Assembly: GCA_003166335.1 (NCBI GenBank)
Contig: PMWA01000067.1
Span: 1-16,936 of the forward strand
DNA: 16,936 bases
Source: Methanobacterium sp.
GTDB taxonomy: Archaea > Methanobacteriota > Methanobacteria > Methanobacteriales > Methanobacteriaceae
Direction of reading: 5' to 3'
Shown here: positions 10,318-16,936 of the stretch, piece by piece
Layout: every line of letters starts with the position of its first letter
Numbering within the stretch: the first letter of the stretch is position 1
Notes under the pieces: model-generated
Told to the model about the DNA's origin: nothing
What the model saw: only the letters and a program-made list of their open reading frames with translations
The model's database searches: none
Position numbers and translations under genes: made by a program

Positions 10318-10702
10318 ATGGTTCATCTTTTTTATTATCCTGAAACAAACATTTACAAGTTTAAAATAAACGTCCCATACATCCTAGTTAAATGTTATAA
10401 ATTAATCTCAGGTAAAAATCCGAAAAATAGTAAACAAAGACGAATTTATAAGGGAACTCCTAGATTCAATAGATTCCAGGCCCAAGTATATCAGACATGG
10501 GGGCATAAATGCATTAAATTTGGTTCTAAAGAGAACTTAACCATTCATCATATGTTCGGATAATAGTAAATATCCAGATTTACATTTAGATCCTGATTTT
10601 AGTTTATCGCTCTGCATTGATTGCCATTGCAAATATCATGAAGAATATTTAGAAGATTTTAATGTTGAAAATTTGTATAATTTTTTGTTTAAAACTAAAT
10701 GA
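10318..10702 (+). pseudogene. Frameshifted phage-type HNH endonuclease
   Basis: ORF 10318-10563 ends KCIKFGSKENLTIHHMFG*. The +1 frame from 10562 continues NSKYPDLHLDPDFSLSLCIDCHCKYHEEYLEDFNVENLYNFLFKTK* (TGA 10700-10702), giving a CxxC..HH..LCxxCH..H layout. Confidence 0.8.
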
Positions 10703-10771
10703 TTTGAGCTTTATCTAAATTTAAATAATATAATAGGATAATAATTACACAAATTGTTTAGAGGTTTTAAT

Positions 10772-10951
10772 ATGACAATTAAAAAACTAAGAGCAAATGG
10801 ACGGATTTATGAAATAGGAAAAGATGGGGTGCGGGATATCGGATGGGATAGAGATATGGGATTAGTTACAGTTGTCTATGATATAAAATCAGAATGGGAT
10901 ACTAAAATAATTTCCATTAACGGTGTTGGATCAATAGACATTAAACAATGA
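10772..10951 (+). CDS. Small hypothetical protein, 59 aa
   Basis: ATG at 10772 with GAGG RBS at 10761-10764; more GC-rich than its flanks; alternating hydrophobic pattern. Confidence 0.65.
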   Translation: MTIKKLRANGRIYEIGKDGVRDIGWDRDMGLVTVVYDIKSEWDTKIISINGVGSIDIKQ

Positions 10952-11170
10952 GAATTAATTTATACCCGGGAATGTTTAACAGAATATATTATCCACTTTT
11001 CTTACTTTTTTAACAGATTCCTACATTATACTCATAAAAGCTTGATAAATGAAAGTTAATTAATGGATAAATAGGAAAGAAGATTTTATTATTTCATAAT
11101 ATACATAGCTCTGATAATTTTTATATTATATATAATATTCTTAATTTAAAATAAACCAGCGTTATTTTTT

Positions 11171-11243
11171 TTTTATGACTTGAAAAACTCGAAAAATTAA
11201 GATCCTCTTTTTTTAAGATTTATCCTATTAAGAAGTCATAAAA
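11171..11243. repeat. Perfect 11-bp inverted repeat
   Basis: TTTTATGACTT (11171-11181) / AAGTCATAAAA (11233-11243), 51-nt spacer. Confidence 0.6.
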
Positions 11244-11244
11244 C

Positions 11245-11332
11245 GGGGAGTGGACGCTTGCGAAAACTATTAACTCCCTCTTCGCACTTCAAAAATAAAA
11301 AACTGGCTATACTTCACTGTCGAGGTGTTTAC
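11245..11332. ncRNA. Candidate structured (pseudoknotted) non-coding RNA, family and strand undetermined
   Basis: GC-rich non-coding patch with crossing helices: GGGGAGT/ACTCCCT (11245-51/11273-79), TGCGAA/TTCGCA (11259-64/11281-86) and GGACGCTT/AGGTGTTT with G-U pairs (11252-59/11323-30). Confidence 0.35.
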
Positions 11333-11438
11333 AAAAATTACTTTATTTTTATAATATATTTTTTTTTCATTAAAAAAAATGAATAAAATTTTTTAATTTC
11401 TTGACAATAACTTGACATTTTAAGAATTTAATTGATAA

Positions 11439-13097
11439 TTAAAGAATGTCATTTCCTTCTTTAGCTTGTTTTACTAATTCAGTTGCTTGTTCTCTGAGTT
11501 TGAATTTCTGAATTTTCCCACTAGCCGTTAACGGAAAGTTATCTACAAAGAATATGTGTTTAGGGACTTTGTATCGAGCAATTTTAGTTGAAGCATAATC
11601 TATTACATCTTCTTCAGTTATATCCGCTTCATCGTCTCGTATTACAAATGCCCCTACTATTTCACCATATTTTTCATCTGGTATACCTATCACTTGGACA
11701 TCCTTAATGCCTGTCATAGTGTATAAAAATTCTTCAATTTCCCGGGGATAAATATTTTCTCCTCCCCTGATGATCATGTCTTTGATGCGACCAACGATGG
11801 TATAATAACCATCTTCATCCACGGTGGCTAAATCTCCACTGTGAAGCCAACCATCCTCTTCTATGGTTTCTTTAGTTATTTCAGGCATCTTATAATAACC
11901 CTTCATCACGTTATAGCCTCTGCACATGATTTCTCCGGGTTGATTAGGGCCAAGAGTCTCACCAGTTTCAGGGTTGATGATTTTAACCTCACAATGAGGC
12001 ATAGCTGTGCCTACAGTTTCTACTTTCTTCTCTATAGGGTCATCAGCACGGGTTTGAGTGAACACTGGACTAGCCTCAGTTAATCCATAGGCTATAGTCA
12101 CTTCCTTCATATACATTTCATCCACAACCTTCTTCATGGCTTCAATAGGGCAGGGAGAACCCGCCATGATTCCAGTGCGGAGACTGGTTAGATCAAATAA
12201 TTCGAACATCGGATGAGTGTATTCAGCAATGAACATGGTTGGTACACCATAAACAGCAGTGCAAAGTTCCTTTTGAATAGCAGCTAACACCATTAATGGA
12301 TCAAAAACCTCTAACATCACCAGGGTTGCTCCGTGAGTTACAGCAGCTAATACCCCTAATACAATTCCAAAACAGTGAAAAAGGGGAACTGGAAGGCATA
12401 CTTTATCTTTATCTGTAAAGTTCTGCCTTTCCCCTATATAATATCCGTTATTTAAGATGTTTCTATGGGTGAGCATCACTCCTTTGGGAAATCCAGTGGT
12501 TCCTGATGTGTACTGCATGTTAATGACTTCCTGGTTATTGAGAGATTTTTTGATAGTAAAAAACTCTTCATTAGGGGTATGCTTACCCAGAAGTATTAAT
12601 TCACTAGTGTTATACATTCCACGGTGTTTCTCCTGTCCTAAGTAGATTAAACATTTCAAGTATGGAAATTCTTCACTTTTAAGTTTACCTCTCTCTTGGG
12701 TTTTAAGTTCTGGAAGTAATCCATAAATTGTTTCAATGTAATCTACGTCTTGAAATCCGTCGATAATTGCTAAGAATTTCATATCTGACTGTTTCAGGAC
12801 ATAAGCTAATTCATGGATTTTGTAGGCAGTGTTAACTGTAACTAGAACCGCACCAATTTTTGCTGTGGCAAACATGAATGTCAGCCAATCAGGGATGTTT
12901 TTAGCCCATATACCAACATGATCTCCTTTGGAAACACCTAAAGAGATTAAACCCTTAGAGAAAAGATTAACTCGCTCATTAAATTCTTTATAAGTGAAAC
13001 GGAGGTTCCGATCGGGATAAACTAGAAAATCATTACTATGATTTTTCTCCACTTGTTTTTCAAAGAAGTCACCAACTGCATCTTCAGTAAAAAGCAT
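11439..13097 (-). CDS. AMP-forming acyl-CoA synthetase (ANL superfamily, fatty/aryl acid-CoA ligase)
   Basis: [12 protein letters not shown]-loop, [31 protein letters not shown] and [10 protein letters not shown] motifs. Confidence 0.95.
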   Translation of the reverse strand: MLFTEDAVGDFFEKQVEKNHSNDFLVYPDRNLRFTYKEFNERVNLFSKGLISLGVSKGDHVGIWAKNIPDWLTFMFATAKIGAVLVTVNTAYKIHELAYVLKQSDMKFLAIIDGFQDVDYIETIYGLLPELKTQERGKLKSEEFPYLKCLIYLGQEKHRGMYNTSELILLGKHTPNEEFFTIKKSLNNQEVINMQYTSGTTGFPKGVMLTHRNILNNGYYIGERQNFTDKDKVCLPVPLFHCFGIVLGVLAAVTHGATLVMLEVFDPLMVLAAIQKELCTAVYGVPTMFIAEYTHPMFELFDLTSLRTGIMAGSPCPIEAMKKVVDEMYMKEVTIAYGLTEASPVFTQTRADDPIEKKVETVGTAMPHCEVKIINPETGETLGPNQPGEIMCRGYNVMKGYYKMPEITKETIEEDGWLHSGDLATVDEDGYYTIVGRIKDMIIRGGENIYPREIEEFLYTMTGIKDVQVIGIPDEKYGEIVGAFVIRDDEADITEEDVIDYASTKIARYKVPKHIFFVDNFPLTASGKIQKFKLREQATELVKQAKEGNDIL

Positions 13098-13127
13098 TTC
13101 TATTACACCCTAAAAAACATAATTTTT

Positions 13128-13143
13128 TTATTCATATGAATAA
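13128..13143. promoter_or_regulatory. Perfect 16-bp palindrome, candidate operator
   Basis: TTATTCATATGAATAA, 31-46 bp upstream of the acyl-CoA synthetase ATG. Confidence 0.45.
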
Positions 13144-13205
13144 TGTTCTTTTTTTCAAAATTTTTAATTTCTGAATATTTCAATTCAAAGTAAAATGGTA
13201 AAGTT

Positions 13206-13616
13206 TTAACTGATTTCTTCAGTTATCAGATGTTTTTCCAATGTTTTACATATGTATTCAGGTATGGGTTTGGATTTCCCAATTTCGAAGTCATAATTTA
13301 CGAGAACAGCCTTTCCTCTTGCTTTTAATTCATTATCCTGCCATGCTTCATGTCCAATAGTGAAGGAGCTGTTACCAATCTTAAGAATGAAACTTTTGAT
13401 TTCCACGTCTTTTCCATAATACATTTGTCCTATATAATCAAATTCTGTACGTACTAGGATTAATTTCCATTTATCATAGCTTAAATCAAGATCTGGAGTG
13501 AAAATTCTGAAGATGGGGTTTCTTCCTACTTCGAACCATTCCACAAGTGCTATATTATTAATATGCCGAAGTCCATCAGCATCACCGAATCTTGGGGTAA
13601 CTTTGGTGGTAAACAT
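13206..13616 (-). CDS. Hotdog-fold acyl-CoA thioesterase (4HBT/YbgC-like)
   Basis: PRFGDADGLRHINN...WFEVGR and IGNSSF motifs; GAGG RBS. Confidence 0.92.
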   Translation of the reverse strand: MFTTKVTPRFGDADGLRHINNIALVEWFEVGRNPIFRIFTPDLDLSYDKWKLILVRTEFDYIGQMYYGKDVEIKSFILKIGNSSFTIGHEAWQDNELKARGKAVLVNYDFEIGKSKPIPEYICKTLEKHLITEEIS

Positions 13617-13708
13617 TCTTTTATGCCTCTTAAAATAATTTTTTTTAGAAATAATTTATGTTATTATTTAGAAAATTTTTATTTAGTAGAATGAAGTATT
13701 AATTTTTT

Positions 13709-14284
13709 TTATAATGGAGCATAGATAACAGCTAATATTCTTGCTTTTATTTCATCAGCTGCATGTAATTCGTGGGGAATTACCGAATCATAATAGATAC
13801 TATCACCTACTTTAAGTTGATATTGTTCTTGGCCATAGAGAATTTCTATTTCCCCATCCAACACATAGATAAATTCTTCTCCTTCATGTGATGAAAGTTT
13901 GTTTTCTCCTGTTTTAGGGCTTACTTCAATGATGAATGGTTCCATGTGCCGATCCTGCTTTCCGTAAGCTAAAGAATAAAAATCTAGAGTGCTTTCTTTA
14001 AGATTACTATAACTTCCTGAGAAATGAGTAATGTTTTCTGATTTCCCAGATTTCACCATGAATGGTCCTGTTTGGGGTGCATCATCGAGAAACGTGCCTA
14101 ATCGCACCCCTAGTACCCTAGCAATTTTTAAAAGAGGAGTAAGAGAAGGGACATAAGCTCCACCTTCCAAGTCTTCTATAAACTCTACACTGCAGTGACT
14201 TGCATCAGCTAATTCATTTACAGTCATTCCATTATTTTTTCTTACATGACGAATTTTTTCCCCAATCTTATTTTCCTCTGACAT
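13709..14284 (-). CDS. XRE-family HTH transcriptional regulator with C-terminal cupin domain
   Basis: [20 protein letters not shown]...[31 protein letters not shown]...[12 protein letters not shown] cupin motifs; AGGTGA RBS. Confidence 0.93.
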   Translation of the reverse strand: MSEENKIGEKIRHVRKNNGMTVNELADASHCSVEFIEDLEGGAYVPSLTPLLKIARVLGVRLGTFLDDAPQTGPFMVKSGKSENITHFSGSYSNLKESTLDFYSLAYGKQDRHMEPFIIEVSPKTGENKLSSHEGEEFIYVLDGEIEILYGQEQYQLKVGDSIYYDSVIPHELHAADEIKARILAVIYAPL

Positions 14285-14555
14285 TTCTATTCACCTTCAA
14301 AAAAAAATGGACTATGAAATTTACTATTGATAACTTTTTAGTATATACCTAATCATTTAGCTTCGTTATTTTAAAACCTTTGATTTAGATATTATTTCTA
14401 ATATCCACCTTTTCAACTTTTATACTAATCTATTATGATGATAAACCTTGAAAGTCTTGATTTATAATATTAATCAAAAATTTCTGAATAGTAAGAAAAG
14501 AAAAAATTATATTTTAAATTATTTTAAATTAGTAATCCATGAGCTTTATCATTGA

Positions 14556-14855
14556 TTATCCGTTAGTATTGTTTTGAGATCCAGAATTATTATTATAATT
14601 TGTCGAATTAGAAGTTTCATTGGTTGTGTTAGTATTATTCGTAATTATGGTTTGTTCAATTAAATACACTGGTTCAAAAGATGGATCATTCATCTGAGTT
14701 ATTTGCTGCTGGTTGAAGGATGTAATATCTGATGGAATAAGATTTACCATTGAATTCCCGCCCAGATCAAATGCATTTGCAACTGAACCAAATCCATAAG
14801 CAATTAAAGCAATCATTAATACTATGAAAATCGTTCCAGATTTTTTAGAATTCAT
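14556..14855 (-). CDS. Small secreted or membrane-anchored protein with Asn/Thr-rich tail
   Basis: Basic N-terminus plus a hydrophobic helix; C-terminal TNNTNTTNETSNSTNYNNNS with 6 sequons. Confidence 0.8.
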   Translation of the reverse strand: MNSKKSGTIFIVLMIALIAYGFGSVANAFDLGGNSMVNLIPSDITSFNQQQITQMNDPSFEPVYLIEQTIITNNTNTTNETSNSTNYNNNSGSQNNTNG

Positions 14856-15021
14856 TTTAAAACAACTCTGAAAAACTTTAAAAGTTTATAAATCTAATAA
14901 TAAATAATATTCCCTTCAAATATTTAAATTTAATGGAATTCAAGCTTTAAAATACTAAATTTTCCCAGTGGAGTTTTAATAGTTTTATTTAAACTAATTT
15001 CTTCAAGTATTAATTTTTTTT

Positions 15022-16803
15022 TTATTCCACAGTAACACATTTAGCAAGATTTTTTGGTTTATCAGGATCTATACCTCGTTCGATACTAATATAATATGCT
15101 AAAAGCTGCAATGGAACCACGTAAGTTATAGGAGACATTATTTCATTGATTTCATCCGTGAATTCTATGTAATCATGTGCCTCTGATTTTAGAACATCAT
15201 CTTCTCTTGATCCTAAAGCTATTATTTGGGCTCCCCGTGCCTTCACTTCCTCTATATTACTTACTGTTTTATCATGACTCTTCCCTGGCGGTGCTATAGC
15301 AACTACAGGAACATCATCATCTATAAGAGCTAAAGGGCCGTGTTTAAGTTCTCCAGCAGCATAACCCTCACCATGAATATAGGTAATTTCTTTAAGTTTG
15401 AGTGCTCCTTCCAATGCGGTGGGATAGGAGAAGCCTCTTCCAATAAAGAAAAATGCGTTAGAAGTGTTTGTATATCTCCGGGCGATTTCCCTGATGTGAT
15501 CTTCCATTTCTAAGATGGTTTTTATATATTCTGGTATTTTTTTAAGTTGTTGGTTCAGTTCTTCGTTTTCAGTCATACATGTTGCGAGTAAATAAATGGA
15601 TGTTAACTGAGTTATATATGTTTTAGTGGCTGCAACACCTATTTCAGGACCTGCTCTAGTATATATAACATGTTGAGCATCCCTGGTTGCTGTACTTCCT
15701 ACTACATTTACAATAGCTAAAGTCTGAGACTTTTTATTCGCTATTTTGAGAGCCTTCAGTGTATCTGCAGTTTCTCCAGATTGTGTTATTAATATAACTA
15801 ACGTATTTTCATCTAAAGAATTTGATGAATATTCAAATTCAGAAGCTAACACCACTTCAGTAGGTGTACCTAGTAAAGTTTCAAAGAGATATTTACCAAC
15901 CAGAGAAGCGTGGAAAGATGTTCCGCAGGCGACAAAACATATTCTTTGGAAATGTCGGAATTTTTTTACGGTTTCTTTTATTTCTGATTCTTCCATTAAT
16001 GTGTTTTTCACGGCAACTGACTGTTCATGAATCTCTTTAAGCATGAAATGTTCAAATCCCTGTTTTTCAGCCATATCCGGTGACCATTCAATAGTATGCA
16101 TTTCTTTAATGAGTACTTCATTATCTAAATTCTTAATAGTGACTCCAGTATCCTCTAGAATTACCATTTCATTGTCATCCAAATATAATACCTGATTGGT
16201 GTGTTGTAAAATGGCAGGTACATCAGATGCTATAAAGTATTCATCTTCACCTACACCTACGATAAGGGGGCTTTCTTTTCTTACTCCTATGACTTTATCT
16301 GGTTCTAATGTGGATATAACAGCTAAAGCGTAGGATCCTTTGATTTGTTGTATTGCTTGACGAATCGCTTCCTCTAATCCAACCCCATTGTCCGTGTATT
16401 TTTCGATTAAGTGGGGTATAACTTCCGTATCAGTGTTTGAGGTGAAACGATGTCCTTCTTCTTCAAGTTTACTTCTGAGTTCTTTGTAGTTTTCAATTAT
16501 ACCATTATGAACTACTGCTATTCTGTTTTTGCAGTCAGTATGTGGGTGAGCGTTTTCTCTAGTTGGTAATCCGTGGGTAGCCCATCTTACATGTGCTATA
16601 CCTTTTAAACCGGGTAAGTCAGTTATTTGTAGTTTTTCATCAACTTCATCTATTTTTCCTTGATCCTTCTTAATGCTTAATCCTCTGCTGCTGGTGGCGA
16701 TACCTACTGAATCGTAACCCCTGTATTCGAGTTTCTTAACGCATTCTAGTAGTATTGGTGCAGCATCTTTATCTTTAAGTATGCATCCTACAATTCCACA
16801 CAT
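15022..16803 (-). CDS. glmS: Glutamine--fructose-6-phosphate aminotransferase (isomerizing)
   Basis: MCGIVG N-terminus, [29 protein letters not shown]-like motif (TQSGETAD), [10 protein letters not shown] and C-terminal [19 protein letters not shown]. Confidence 0.98.
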   Translation of the reverse strand: MCGIVGCILKDKDAAPILLECVKKLEYRGYDSVGIATSSRGLSIKKDQGKIDEVDEKLQITDLPGLKGIAHVRWATHGLPTRENAHPHTDCKNRIAVVHNGIIENYKELRSKLEEEGHRFTSNTDTEVIPHLIEKYTDNGVGLEEAIRQAIQQIKGSYALAVISTLEPDKVIGVRKESPLIVGVGEDEYFIASDVPAILQHTNQVLYLDDNEMVILEDTGVTIKNLDNEVLIKEMHTIEWSPDMAEKQGFEHFMLKEIHEQSVAVKNTLMEESEIKETVKKFRHFQRICFVACGTSFHASLVGKYLFETLLGTPTEVVLASEFEYSSNSLDENTLVILITQSGETADTLKALKIANKKSQTLAIVNVVGSTATRDAQHVIYTRAGPEIGVAATKTYITQLTSIYLLATCMTENEELNQQLKKIPEYIKTILEMEDHIREIARRYTNTSNAFFFIGRGFSYPTALEGALKLKEITYIHGEGYAAGELKHGPLALIDDDVPVVAIAPPGKSHDKTVSNIEEVKARGAQIIALGSREDDVLKSEAHDYIEFTDEINEIMSPITYVVPLQLLAYYISIERGIDPDKPKNLAKCVTVE

Positions 16804-16936
16804 GATTTTTCACCGATAATGAATGCTTTAATAAAGCTTTTAACAATTAATTACTATAATTAGATTATGAATTAGAAAGTTTTACAATATCACTACTTGT
16901 AAATTTATATGAATATAAAAGTATTTGATAATTTGG

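Noticed and set aside
10318..10702. IscB/HEARO, Cas9 fragment or programmed frameshift
   Set aside because: No PLMP or RuvC motifs, far too short, no slippery site at the break, and additional active-site lesions.
10975..11017. TTTAACAGA direct repeat as a CRISPR remnant or target-site duplication
   Set aside because: Only two 9-bp AT-rich copies 34 bp apart; no array and no cas or transposase gene.
11123..11138. 16-bp palindrome ATATTATATATAATAT
   Set aside because: Pure A/T low complexity; expected by chance here, at most a TATA-like element.
11245..11332. Assignment of the structured segment to tRNA or to HDV, twister, pistol, hammerhead or glmS ribozymes
   Set aside because: No cloverleaf or T-loop and no CUGANGA. 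HDV P3/L3 and P1.1 GG are missing, and the twister- or pistol-like words (GAGGG, UUAAUAG, AAGCG) lack the required helix order. Left unclassified.
11841..12645. + strand ORFs 11841-12083 and 12457-12645
   Set aside because: Antisense to the acyl-CoA synthetase.
14800..14855. Class III (prepilin) signal peptide in the 99-aa protein
   Set aside because: KKSG|TIF lacks a basic residue directly before the Gly, so it does not fit the [KR][GA] cleavage motif.
15746..16030. 94-aa + strand ORF
   Set aside because: Antisense to glmS.
16804..16936. Possible glmS ribozyme upstream of glmS
   Set aside because: The visible upstream region is AT-rich and lacks the AGCGCC / GACGAGG core.

Overview
AT-rich archaeal DNA whose gene content points to a Methanobacteriales methanogen, probably Methanobacterium (inference). 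The core backbone is: a partial TOPRIM gene, rpl37e and Lsm on the minus strand, divergent from a PUA-domain gene and arfB; DUF2115; a GT-C-fold membrane protein; a stand-alone ATP-cone; an ASH-Ski2-type helicase; an XRE-cupin/thioesterase/acyl-CoA synthetase cluster; a small surface protein; and glmS. Two accessory islets interrupt it. Islet 1 (~2050-4700) holds a 5'-truncated flavodoxin, a decayed alpha/beta-hydrolase missed by the ORF track, a secreted protein with a caspase/gingipain-like His-Cys dyad, and an orphan. Islet 2 (~10050-11400) holds a frameshifted phage-type HNH nuclease, a 59-aa orphan and a GC-rich non-coding segment (11245-11332) with three mutually crossing helices, a candidate pseudoknotted ncRNA. 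That RNA candidate with its HNH islet and the putative clan CD surface protease are the most interesting signals. No tRNA, rRNA, CRISPR array or intact transposase was seen.
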